From Neophaeotheca triangularis (taxonomy: Eukaryota), in the NCBI GenBank assembly GCA_054600435.1, contig BAAIJX010000048.1, positions 124,001 to 166,321 on the forward strand: a stretch of 42,321 nucleotides of DNA, written 5' to 3'. Positions 23,225 through 34,957 of this stretch are shown in pieces. The notes under the pieces were generated by a model, which searched no databases, was not told the DNA's origin, and worked only from the letters and a program-made list of their open reading frames with translations. The translations under genes were made by a program, and so were the position numbers. How positions within the stretch are numbered: position 1 is the first letter of the stretch; every line of letters begins with the position of its first letter.

Positions 23225-24423
23225 TTTGGCGGCGGCGAGGGTCTATCCCTCTAAGAAGTAGAAAGGGTCTAGGGTCAAGGGGAGGATGGGGGGGGTGGGT
23301 GGTAGGGTAGATCAGATGTGGGAGGGTAAAGGCGGTGATGTCGAACTAGCGCAGCGATGAGGTCCAGGCGGGCTGGGCTGGTGATTATTGCCGGGGTTAT
23401 GACACTGGAACTGGTTGGTGCTGGTGGGCCGGACGGATAAGATAGTAGTTAGTGCTGTCTGTCTAGGGGCTTTCACTCGAGTTGGCACGCAATGGGGATG
23501 CACGTGTAGAAGTGACTAAAGCCGGTACTGTGGACCATTGAAGTGCAAGTGACTTTGGGGCTGCAGAGGTCGAGTCTCGAAGTTGCAGGCCTATGTCGAA
23601 GCAGCTTGCATGAGCCTGAAGGTAACTATTCGTTATGTTATGATAGGGCACAGAGGGAGAGAGAATCAGACAAAAAGAACAGAACCTGGAAGAAATGGAA
23701 GATGATCTGCGCCGGTTCAAGGAAGACGTGTAGAGCTACGTAAGGTATATACATGCCAAGACCTAACCGACGACGTCTCTGCGAAGCCGACTTCGAGTAC
23801 GGTAGCTTTTATCTAGGTAGACCACGAGTGTGCCCTGAGCACGTGTCAAACTCTCTTCCAGACTCGGAACTTCAGACTTCATCTGCCAACATCACGTCCA
23901 CAATAGTCCACCTCGTCACTAGCAGCTGCTGCTTTATGTCTGAAGAGGAACCATCACGTTGACTATAACGACAGCAGCACTAGACCTCTCGAGGCGTCTT
24001 CAGTCTTTCAAGAAAAAAATAATTAAAAACCGCCCGCCAAGTCACCGGACTCGTGTAGCGTGAGCTAACTAACGTCCACGTGAGCACCTCTAGCTGCGCC
24101 CAAAATGTTTTGCCGCAGCCGAAAGGCATAGTAGAGGTAGGTCTTCTTTCGTCAGGTGCTTCCTGAGCTCGTTTCGTACTTTATAACATCACGTAATGCG
24201 ACGTTCGCGATATTGGCCGGCCGCCTGTCCCGTGCATACCTAGGTAGGCTTCATTCACAAAGATGGCAGTCCAAGTCATTCACCGAGGAAATATCCGCGT
24301 CCCCGGACCAGGGAGAATCGTGGAAGGGTGTTGACAAAACGATGGCCTCTTATACTCCTCTAGCAAGATATCTCACAGCCCTCACCGAGACAGACCAGCA
24401 CCCAGCAGACTCAGCTCCAACAC

Positions 24424-25087
24424 TCAATCCACAGCCCGCTCTTTTCTCTTGCCCTTGCCACGCGGATCTACAGCCCGCTCTCTTCCATTCCCCTTACCAC
24501 CCGAGTCAACAGCCCGCTCTTTCCCCTTCCTCTTACCCTCATCAACACTCCTTACGTCAGTCCTCGAAACCCTTACCAAACCCCCAAACTCCTCACACTC
24601 CTCCAAGACAGGGTTCGCAACGCCCTCGGGCAACGTGAACCTACAACAACCACACCCATCAGCACCATGCGGCAGAAGCATTCCTCCAAAAGAAGTCTCG
24701 CAACTCACGAGAAAGCACAAGTCTTGGATCCCACACGATCCATTGAATTGCCATCCATCCAATCGAAAAGCCTTTGGCCACCAGCCTCCGCGACCTTCCG
24801 CTCCGCGGCTTCCAGCACCTCGTCCGGGAAACGGTCGTCGTCCTCGAGCTGTGCGGTGTCGATCTCGACCTGCCGTGGACTTTGTTGGCACGGCGGAAGC
24901 ATTTGGCAGGCGAGCTGGGGCTTACCTTGAATGTCTGGGTCGCTGGGGATGCGAAAGGCGCTCCTAAGCGTAGCACGTCTCCTGGAGGCGGTGGGGGTGT
25001 TGGGTTTGCTTTCTTGATTTTCTGATAGAGGAGGTATTTGTTCGTCTCTAGAGCGGGGCTCTCCGAGATGAGGTCGACTGCTTTCAT
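24424..25087 (-). CDS. Small 3-exon protein (~180 aa), possible inhibitor I9/subtilase-propeptide-like domain plus C-terminal basic repeats
   Basis: ATG at 25087. Introns 24925-24870 (GTAAGC..CAG) and 24708-24641 (GTGAGT..GCTGAT..TAG) join three ORF-track fragments in frame: ...QTFK|VEIDTAQ...TCAFS|FTLPEG...ERAVD*. Confidence 0.7.
24427..24540. repeat. Three tandem 39-nt repeats (core ACAGCCCGCTCT) encoding 13-aa xxGKxxxxERAVD units
   Basis: ACAGCCCGCTCT occurs at 24431, 24470 and 24509. The minus-strand translation is EGKRKGKERAVD / SGGKGNGRERAVD / PRGKGKRKERAVD. Confidence 0.85.
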
Positions 25088-26013
25088 GTTGGCGGGTATC
25101 TTGAAGGTTTGCGGATGCTTGGAGGGAATGCTAGAGTCGAGTCTTGGTATGTCTGGACTGACAGGTTCGGTGCTGTGGATGCAAGCGATGGCAACTTGTT
25201 GATGGAAAATGGAAGGAATCGGGAGCATCTCAATGAGGAGGCAGTTTCCCTCACGCGGTCAGCGCGTTTTGCTCTTGCTATCAACATTCAAGCGGGCCGG
25301 AGCCCCTTACTGCATCAAAGGTCGTACTTGCATTCGTGACTCGTCTTGCTGTGCAGCCACGAAAGCCCGTACCCTATACTCTACCTGAAGCGCCAACAGG
25401 CATCCAGACCGCGGCATCTCGCCTCCATTTTGTATGAGAGACGAAATAAAGACTCAAACATTTCGCCATCGTTGGTATGGAGACTTCAAAAACTCATTCA
25501 TACTGAGCGAGAGCCCAAGCCTCGTAAGAGTCACGGCAAAGAGTGGCAAGAAAATGTAACATCAACTAGTATCGCTGCGTGAAGCATGGTATGGAGCTAA
25601 ATCCAGACGCCCTTTGCTCTTGCCGGGCGTCCATGGGATAGCAGACGCTTTCAGTCTGCTCTCTCGTTCCCCCACTCTCTATGTTTCCTTCAATACAGTA
25701 GTAGCTTCCGCTCCCTATGAGATCCAGTTAGCTACGAGCCACCCGTAGTACCCCTTCTCCGTCTGACAGCAGTGCGCATTCTGAGAACGTACTCATCTCT
25801 TGACTCCTCTGACGTTGTGCGTTGCGTACTTGAGAGCGTATTGTGGTGGCTTCGCTTCACTCGTCACCCTTGCCAATGCGATGTTGCCCCACTTGCATGT
25901 GCACCCCTTGGTAGACTCTCCTCCACCTGTCTGGTGCCCCTCGCTGCATTGCCTCTGAGCTGTGTGAAAAGCTGTTCGATTGCTCGCTTCTCGTCAAAAC
26001 GGCCCTAGCAGCT

Positions 26014-26774
26014 CTACGTTGAGTAAACGTCGTAAGCTTGGTATAGAGCAGGCAGGCTTCCGGTCGCCTGCGAAAACCCCACAAGCAGTTCTACCGCGAA
26101 GCTCTGCATCTGGCCCTCCTCGGACAGTCCTTTGACGAAAGCCGCATCGTTACGGAGAAAGTGGAAGTTGTCGAGGACGACATTGCGAAAGCCGATGCGG
26201 ATGGCCTCTTCCTGGTTCGGAGCGTACCGATATACCTCCCTGACCACATCGAAGAAGCCTTGAAAGAAGCCTTGAATCTGTAGACCCTCGCTAGCGCATT
26301 CGATGAATCTCTTGGTCGCCATGTAGCGCAGCGAGGGGATGTCGTAATAGTCGGCGATTGCAAAGGTATGCACGTGGGCGATGAGAGCTTCGCTCTTGCT
26401 CAGCACGCTCGTCTTGCTCGGGACACTGTTCGGCGTCCAATCCGGCATCTCCGCAAGATCAGCTGTGTCCTTTCAAAATACTTTTCGAGGGGCTCAATTA
26501 CCACGGATTCGCCTTCAAGCGAGTAGTCCTGGATGTAGATGAAGGAGAGCATTCGACGAACAGTCGCAGCGTCGAACTGCATGTGCTCAATGATGTTCTC
26601 TTGGCTCTCGCGCATTTTCGCCTTACATAGCGTGGAGAGGACTGGAGACAAAGCGCAGACAATGCCTTTGTGGACAGGAAATTCTTCTCCATCGCATTTG
26701 ATCGTTAGGTCTGAGAAGTCCGAGTTCAGAAACATGTTGGCCATGCCCGAAGCATGAGAGGCCGAGATGGTCAT
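26014..26774 (-). CDS. BTB/POZ domain protein, 2 exons
   Basis: FSDLTIKCDGEEFPVHKGIVCALSPVL...MRESQENII...VRRMLSFIYIQDY, followed by the typical fungal HVHTFAIADYYDIPSL helix. The two parts are joined by a 53-nt intron 26501-26449 (GTAATT..GCTGAT..GAG). Confidence 0.82.
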
Positions 26775-29700
26775 GGTGAGAATTGTTGTGATTGCGCAAA
26801 GTGAGGTGTCCTGCCTAATAATTAGCCAGTGTGAGGTACCTAGAGTTGCGTGAGACAAGTGAATGGTGGAGCGTACCGATCGCGAGCGGGTTGACAGGTT
26901 GGTGAATGTGCCAAGTCTCTCAGTCCAGATCGTGTGGAGGTGTTGTTTTCCTTGGGACACAGTAGGCTCAGAGGAGATGAGCTTGCCGGTGAGTGAAGTG
27001 AAGTGCCCTGTCTTGCTGTTAGTAGCTGCAAACTTGCTAAGATGTCGGAGTTCTGACTGAGTGCTCGTAGTGCATACCGCTAGAAAGAGGGCCCTGAATG
27101 TGGACAAGAAATAGAGCCACGTAGTTGAGACCTTGTTGGCAAGGTTGATGTGGCCAGACAGCGAAGGCTGAAGGTCGTGAGGTAATGGCTGGAGGTCTTG
27201 CAGGTGAGAACTCGAAGGTGAACGCCAGCCGGCCAGACAAGGTGAACTCTTGAGTGAGAAGCTCGAGCCCCCTTTGCGCCAAGATACTTGTTCCACTTCA
27301 CTTCACTTCACAGCGTAGACCTTTCTTGTGGGTCCCCTAGGCAACCACCGCGTTTCCATTAAGGAACATGTGAACGCTGCTTTCTCAGGCTTGGCAGAAG
27401 ATATAAGCTGTATCCAGAATGGCGGCAAATGTCCAAGCCGCCTTCATGCGAGAGCTCGACAACATCATCCGCGGCTTGGCAAATTTCAGAGTGTTTTGGA
27501 CAACTCATTGATCAGGCAGCCAAGAGCACAGCTTAGCCATCGCTTGCATGAGGCGCAGTACCGACTCCAACCTCCCGCAAGTTTTACGCTCCCCGAATCA
27601 CCTACATTGTGTGAGCCATGCCAATACCGAACGATGCATGGGTAGTGGCCGCTTTCGACTTGCTGTTACGTTTTAAATCCCGCCTCGCCATCCATCTGCA
27701 GCGCCAGTTCGACCGCGATCTTGTAGTATGGTGGTTTCCCTTGCTCCTGACCGTTTTAGTTTCAACAGTCCCGGCAAGGCTCCTTGAATCCCTGGAGGCT
27801 GTGGGCAGCCATGGTCTGAGGTGATTAGCGGTAGGCTCACGTGCGATGCCTCGAGACTCCCGGAGAAACAGAGCTAGCTTGTCGAGCTGGTGTTTGAGGC
27901 GGCGCCAATTTCGAGGAGGCAGCTGCGGAAATATCGCCGAAGGATGACCAAGACTGGCCGTGAGGTGTGGTTATCCCATACTCCCTCTCTTGGCGTAAGT
28001 AGGGTAAGCTCGTGACAACGCTAGCCGACAAAACTACGGTGATCGGGCAACAAGGACTCTCGTTTCGAGCTCGTGAGCCGGGGGGTTGTCATCGATGGCG
28101 GCCGAGAAGCTGGTGCCAATGAATGGGGCAGGTCGCGCTGGAGCCACCCAGTAGGTTCGTGGGTGTGGCTGGTCTAGGTTTGTGGCCCGTCGTAGTGATT
28201 GGTGTGTTGTCATGATAGCGGCTCTTGGAGGTATCAACAATATGATCGGGCCACTGGGAATCGCTCTCTCTGATGGGGTCGGTCTGGAGAGGAGTCGCGA
28301 TGATTTGCTCCCCCCCCCCCAGGGATACGATACGTTGGAGAGACAACGGCCGTGGCAAACACACTAGGGTACAAGACTCGCGGTATGCTGGGCGTTGCGC
28401 TATGTCTCCTTTTCCTCGACTGCAAGCCGAAGCTTGAGGCAGGTGTAGATATGGAGGTAAACTCCGGAAGTGGGTGCAAGCAATCGTGCTTTCTTGCCGG
28501 CAACGGCCGCGAATATCGCATGCCATTCCGCCATCGTCGAGCATCAGTGAACGCAACCTAACCGGAAAGACTGGTACAGATTGATATTGTAGTCCTCGTA
28601 TTGAATCAAACAGCCGCAGGTGACGCTTTTAAAGGTTACTGCTCCAGACATCCCAAACTCTGACCCTAAGCGGCTTCACCGACATCCATTGGAAAGTGAT
28701 AATGCCGCAAAATCATCGCTCAAGGCATGTGGAAAGCTACCATGGTTTTGTATAGCCTTAGGATTCCAGTTGAAGAGGATTCCAGTTGAAGAGCCAATGA
28801 TCCCGATTTCTGCTGTCCTACCTGAATTTCTCGGATTGAATGTCAACAAAGCCCGTGGATAGGATCCCCCGTGTTCCGATACTCCTGACCAGCCAAACCA
28901 AGTATTCTGCTCGAAGACTTGGCAATTCAGATGAATACACATCCGGTTGCAGGCCTTGCCATGAGGTGCCTTGGGCTACCCGAGATGTCACACGGCGCGA
29001 GAAGGTCGAGCTTCGATGAAGGACCTCGATGCCTCATTTACTCTGAAGACCGTGCGATGGTCCTCGCCACCTTTAGTGTGCCCCGAGCCGGCGTTCTGGT
29101 GTGCCGAACCCACTGGGAATTCCCCAGTGCGAGGACTTGTGGGAAACGGTGTCTCTCTTCTCACGATTGGGATATCGGCGCGATTTCGCCCTTGATCATA
29201 TCATCCCAGACATCACTGCACCAAATGCAGACCAGATGTCATGCCGAGGAAGGACGAACGACACCTTGGAAGGCCACTGTGCCGCACCACGCGTTGATGG
29301 GTTAGAGCTGATGAGGTCTTTCTCGGCAAAGTCATCCCGCGAGACAATAGATGCACCATGGGTTTGCCGGCGGACCTCACGGCATAGTACCATCACGAGT
29401 CCCCTGCGTCTGTCGAGTGGAAACGCGAAGCAAACAAATGGACGTCGACAAGTAGACGACTGCTGTTCGAAGTCAAACAGCCGTCTCTTCGTCGCGAAAG
29501 GTCAGCACGAGGTCAGCTGACCGCAATCCCTGCAGATTCTGAAACAGCCTTCAGCTCAGTCAGCTCTAGCTTGCATAGCTCTAATTCAACCTCACTCGGC
29601 TGTCTTGACGACCTCATCTCACTACCTAGGTAGGTAGACTTCCATGTTGAATAGCCGTCCTCTCATAGTATCTGCATCGTTCTGGACCACGCAGACCCTC

Positions 29701-31537
29701 ACAAGTCTAGAACCACCACTCGTCCGGGACTGTTCTTCCTGATTAAAGACTGCAAAGAACCTGTCGACACCGCCTTTCGCCGCCGAAAGTTTCTTTGCTA
29801 CCGGACGACCATCCCACGAGCCATCGGAAGCGCACATGTATTGACGCCATGATCGTTGCCGGGGAAGCTGCTTTTAGCATGTAATGGATTCTCAATACTC
29901 TTTGCATCATCTCTCGCCGCATGTATATGCGGAAGACGTTGCTCAAACCAATGCACGGTGAGGTCGTAGGCCACAACCACAGTAGACTCGATATTGTGCC
30001 TTGCCCGTCAACTCGCAACTGCCAGGGGAAGGCATTAAGCTCCGTACTTGCGTTCGCAGAAACCCAGCTTTCTGCGATTCTTTGCTGCTTTGTCCATTAC
30101 CCATCTTATTTTGACTCAATGCGAACATGCAACACACCAAAATGCTCACCGGAGGCTGACGATCAAATCAGTATTTATATGGTTTCTGACCCATGTCGCT
30201 ATGCGGAATGCCAATCACACGACTTACAAAGCCACCGTCGCATGTAGCCAGCAAGATTGCGACCGAACCGCCTGATACCAGCGAGCCGTCGATACAGCAC
30301 AACACCGGACGTATCCTTCGATATAGGACCTTCCTCTCGGCGACGACTTGCACTGTTCTGCTAACCACGGTTGAATCATGTCCAGTGAGCCTGACCGGGT
30401 CGCACAGCAATGGACAAGGAGCGTTGTCGCACGATCATACGACTTGACTCGCCAAGAAGAGCAGGGTTCAGATCTGGAATGTATCTCTGTCTCCCGGGCA
30501 CGGATATTGGAGCACTGCAAGCACGCTGCGACGGACCAGGAGGTGCTACAACGTGTGCCCACTGGCAACCATGCCGCCATGTACGCTCATGGAATCATCT
30601 GATCCACCACCGGAAGCCAGCCGCAGGAAGCCCCATTGCCAGCTCTTTATCTCCCCGGCATAGGACTTGCTGTACTGTAAGAAGGCGACGAGGGTATATG
30701 AGGGCTCTAACGTGTACCTAGTCGCAATCGCATTGCATTGAGGACCCGAGGAAGACAATTCTGACCGCCGGGACATCGCCGAAAAAGCTCTAGACATCCG
30801 GGAACTTGGAATCCTACCTCCCTAGCGTGGCCATCGACTTCCTATGCGGAGGCCACTGGAAATCAAAATGGGCTACAGCATACATGTGGTAGCGACTGAA
30901 GCCGCTATGGAGATTGCAGAGCTGGTGTTGGTGGTCGCTAGAGACAGAACATTACGGCTGTGGGCGACTGGAAGGCATCGTCCCCGGCAGACCAGACTAT
31001 GCGACACACGCCTACACATCTTGAGTGCTCATGATGTGGACACGGTCGCGGTGGCCACAGTACTAGCGCGATCAAGCTCGAAGCACCGAGGGCACACACC
31101 TAGGATAGGTATGCCGAAGGCGACAGCTCCTGGATTCATTGCTCCGGGCATCACTCTCTGTTCTATACCCTACAACACGGCTTTAGAGATTGCAGAACAG
31201 CTCCGGTGAATAGCAACCTCCTTGGATAAGCGGAGCCTTGTTGTTGCATCTTGGCCGCCGGGGACAAATGGACAGAACCGTATTCTGCTGTAGTACCGTC
31301 TCCCCGGCGCAGATGTCTAGACCACAAGGCACCGTTGCCAGGGTCCACAGGTGTCTCGAGACTAACGCGGGGGCTCTAATCACCTGGGTTTAAAGCTGGA
31401 GCACCCCTTTAAATCCGCCCGGAAGCCGGTATCACAGCTGAGGGGTCTGGCACTCGGACCAGCGAGGGTATAAGTACAGGTCCCCGCCGCTTTTTTTTCT
31501 CTCGCTTTCTTCTTTCCTTTCTCCCAAACGAGGCCGC

Positions 31538-31612
31538 CAGCAGCAGCAACAGCAACAACAACAACACTAACAATACTAACAATAACAGCAACAGCAACAC
31601 CACCACCACCAA
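31538..31612 (+). repeat. Imperfect trinucleotide microsatellite (CAG/CAA/TAA/CAC)
   Basis: About 25 triplets, cagcagcagcaacagcaacaac...caccaccacc, immediately upstream of ATG 31622. Confidence 0.85.
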
Positions 31613-31621
31613 GACGCCGCC

Positions 31622-31933
31622 ATGGACTACAATCCTGGCACTGGCCTCTGGATTCGCGGCGACGTGAGGCCAGAGAGATACCTTCCGGACACTAACAGTG
31701 ACCCTTGGCGTTTCTCTGGTCTCCTCGACGCTTGGGGGAGGCCTTACCCGCCACCCGGGGCAATCGCCTCCGATGACAACAACGTTTGTCTCGGAATGCC
31801 GTCCCTTTTGTTTCCCCGGCCCCCGCCAGAAGAGGCGCCTCGCGGCTGGCGCCGGCTTCGATACGAGCTCCGGCTCCATCAAAGCTGGGTCCGCTTCGAG
31901 CGCAAGCTCGGCAAGCTCTTCTGCTTCTCCTAG
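31622..31933 (+). CDS. Candidate orphan small protein (103 aa)
   Basis: GCCGCC-ATG-G context, TATAAGTA at 31469 and a pyrimidine-rich tract at about 31490-31525. No recognisable domain. Confidence 0.4.
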   Translation: MDYNPGTGLWIRGDVRPERYLPDTNSDPWRFSGLLDAWGRPYPPPGAIASDDNNVCLGMPSLLFPRPPPEEAPRGWRRLRYELRLHQSWVRFERKLGKLFCFS

Positions 31934-31970
31934 AGAAGTATTCTGCTTTCCCGCCGAGGACCAGGCCTCA

Positions 31971-32231
31971 CACCGTCGCAAGGCCTTGGCTTATAGCCGG
32001 GCTGCGGTGTCATTGGTACTGCTAATCCGCGGTGTGTAGTGAACCACGCCCAGGGACCGCCTCTGACCTCGCCGTCGCAAGAGCCACGCCTATGGCGGGC
32101 TTTCGGCCCAGGTATTGCAGCAGTCTCTCTTACCACGCCGTCGCAAGTCCACGCCTATGGCGGGATTCGGTGCTGGGAAGCCTGTCCACCTCGTCGCCAT
32201 CGAAACGGTCGAGCTTATAGCTGGCATGTGG
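31971..32231 (+). repeat. Four degenerate ~37-nt direct repeats with unequal spacers
   Basis: Copies at 31971-32007, 32070-32106, 32136-32170 and 32195-32231. Copies 2 and 3 share CGCCGTCGCAAG and CCACGCCTATGGCGGG. Confidence 0.65.
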
Positions 32232-34167
32232 CGCGGTGAGTATCTCCCCATGGCTAATCTTTCTCTTAGGAGTAAGAGGGGGGACCCCATCGAAGACAGA
32301 CTGCCTTGACGTGGCGATGGGGCTTACGCTTTGAGCAAACCAAAAGTCTTGTCACTTGTATATTAGCTGTAGATAGTCAATGTTGTCGCCGTGAAGGTGT
32401 TGTTGCCACCCATGTTTCCTGGCGTCTCAACCCCGTCGTCCTTCACTGCCTACGCACTATAGTCGCCATCCCCATGCCCCGCTGCCTGCCTATCGACCCC
32501 TCACATTTATCACCCTCGCTGTCGCCAACCGCGCCCGGACCACCGCAAGCCCGGCTGCCTTCACGCTCGACCCCCATTCTCGGCTTTACCCCCCTCGCCC
32601 TTACCGCTGACACCGCTGTAAGCCCCGCCCCGCTTCGGCTTATAACCTCACTGTCGCTCCTGCTCCGCGCTACAAACGCTACTGTCGCTGCCGCCGGGAG
32701 CCCGCTTGCACTACCCCCATTCGCCAACTTTGACTGTCATACATTGTTACATTCGCGCTTTACATCTACTGCATCTACAACCTTTGCATACATCAGCAAC
32801 ATTCCATCATCGGATAGGAACACTATGGCCACTGACTTGAGTACATTTATATGTATCTGTACTAATAAAGTAGTTACAATAAGTAACAGTTCGATGAAAC
32901 ACTAACGCCATCTCCCATTCTATCTGTGGCCCTCGCATGTGCATCAAGGGCAGCTCGCTGTCGCATGCAGTCACCGCCCAGTCTACCGTCATTCTACTCA
33001 TCATCGGCGCCTCCTATCTCGACGCAGCGAGCCGCATCGCATCGCATCTACCAGGCCGGCGCCGTCCTCAGTTCTCAGCTATCATCCACAATCGTTGACA
33101 ACACCTGAACCTCTGCAGCGTCCCGCCCTCCGCCTACCGGTCTACAATGCTTCTTTGCTTGAACAAGCCCTGGCACGATGTGGAAGGCTGGTAGATGCTA
33201 CCGAGCGATGCGAACAATGAGCGTCGTCGATACCAATGACATCGCATTGAACAAGGTCAGCATAGATGGCGGCGCATGAGGGCGGCATACTCGACAACAC
33301 CACCCGACCGCAGCAGTCATCGCATCCTTCATCGTCTCGCCCCCGTATTATGATCGAAGACCAATAGTCTAGCGCATTCGTCCATCGTCGACAGCGCGCC
33401 GAAGGTCATGGGATGAACGACGCTCATCACCTACGGCGGTCGCGAATACACTCAGATGGCACGGCATGGAGCCATGCGCTGGCTCGACTGTTGGTAGAGA
33501 GAGATGCACAGAACGTCGAGCTACAAGGCATTCTGTGGCTACTAGGACGCATTCGCTGTCATGGAGCAAAAGCGGATCAAACGAGAAATCGCGACAGCAA
33601 GGCGCCGGCATCGTCAAGAAACAACGCACAATCGGAATCCGGTAAACCGTAAAAGCACCATCGCAAGTAATAATATCCAGAGTAGTGTTGTCAATCGCCC
33701 CAGCGGCCCAGCAGTCTCAAGTCCGGATCGGTGTTACATGTGCCCGCTTCAAAGCTGTCAATCTGAAACACGCACCAGGCCTGAAATCTCGACGTTGGGA
33801 CGAGACAAAGGGGGCAGAACTCCCAAGTACATAAACGTGCAGCGCTGATCCATGGCCCGGCTATGCGCACCGCGTTTGGGCTGACACGCGGTGGCTATAG
33901 TTGAACTTCGACTGTTGGTTTACCTGACGGAGTGGGTGCACGCAAGGCGTGCGCCTCGTTCCGGCCAGTCTCGGTTGACTGACGACGGAGCGTACAATGG
34001 TGTGATTGCTTTTGCACAGGTTCTGGTGCTTTTTCAAAGTGCCGGTACGTCGCAGATGCTTGATAGGTTATAAGCTAGACTTCTCACACCTCTTCTCTCT
34101 ACCTCGCCATTCTCTTCCATTCAATACATTCGCAGTCTGTCATTCACCGGTGTTCATCATCAGAAAC

Positions 34168-34957
34168 ATGCTCGCCTTCACTCTGCTCGCTTCGGCTGCT
34201 CTCACAAGCACCGCCCATTCCGCCGCTCTCACCCGCCGCGCCAACACCGGCGAGGCGACCTTCTATGGTGGCAATGTTCAAGGCGGGATGTGCAGTTTCT
34301 CAACCTACAATCTCCCGAGGGGCCTCTACGGCACCGCTTTGAGCGACAGCAACTGGGACAACAGCGCCAACTGCGGTGGCTGCGTGCGAGTGTCCGGACC
34401 CAACGGCAACGCCATCACGGCGATGGTGAGTACTTTTAGTCCAACTGTTGCCGAGAAGAATACCTCTGACTTGAGTCGTCATGACAGATCGTGGATCAAT
34501 GCCCTGGCTGCGGAACGAACCATCTCGACCTTTTCCAGGATGCTTTCGAAGAGCTAGCGCCCGCTCAAGAAGGCATCATCGACATCAGCTGGGACTATGT
34601 CGAGTGCCCCGTTTCCAGCCCTCTGCAGATTCACATGAAGGAGGGCGTTTCGCCGTACTGGTTCTCGGCGCAGGTCGTGGGCGCGAATATGGTACGCTGC
34701 CTGAAGCACGCGAGGTGGTGATACACGATGCTAATATTGTCGGACAGAGAGTGCAAGACTTGCAGGTTAGCACTGATGGTGGTCGCAGCTGGCAGAGCGG
34801 TTTGAACAGGATGGAGTATAACTTCTTCGAGAACAGTTCGGGTTTCGGCTCGGACACTGTCTCGGTGAAGGCGATTGCTGAAGACGGCTCGACTGTTGTC
34901 GTGAATGATATTGCCGTGCAAGGTGGCAACACGAAGACTGCGGGCAGTAACTTTTGA
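34168..34957 (+). CDS. Secreted expansin-like protein (DPBB + CBM63, EXLX type), 3 exons
   Basis: Introns at 34426-34487 and 34692-34747. Signal peptide, GEATFYGG..GGMCSF, ANCGGCVRV, IVDQCPGCGTNHLDL, ISWDYVECP, and a CBM63-like region KEGVSPYWFSAQV...RMEYNFF. TATAAG at 34069. Confidence 0.93.

Noticed and set aside
26775..27296. Long upstream part of the 298-aa BTB ORF
   Set aside because: It has no ATG, its S/T/L/H-rich composition looks non-coding, and the BTB domain starts right after ATG 26774.
31409..31981. 190-aa minus-strand ORF with a poly-Leu transmembrane-like stretch
   Set aside because: The poly-Leu/Val run is the antisense reading of the CAN microsatellite, and the promoter and Kozak signals favour the plus strand.
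31971..32231. CRISPR-like repeat-spacer appearance
   Set aside because: Fungal genome, highly divergent repeats, irregular spacers and no cas genes.
33380..33848. Possible pseudogene frame with stops at 33414, 33495 and 33543 (each one C-to-T from a sense codon)
   Set aside because: Stop density is about what random sequence gives, and no protein family is recognisable.
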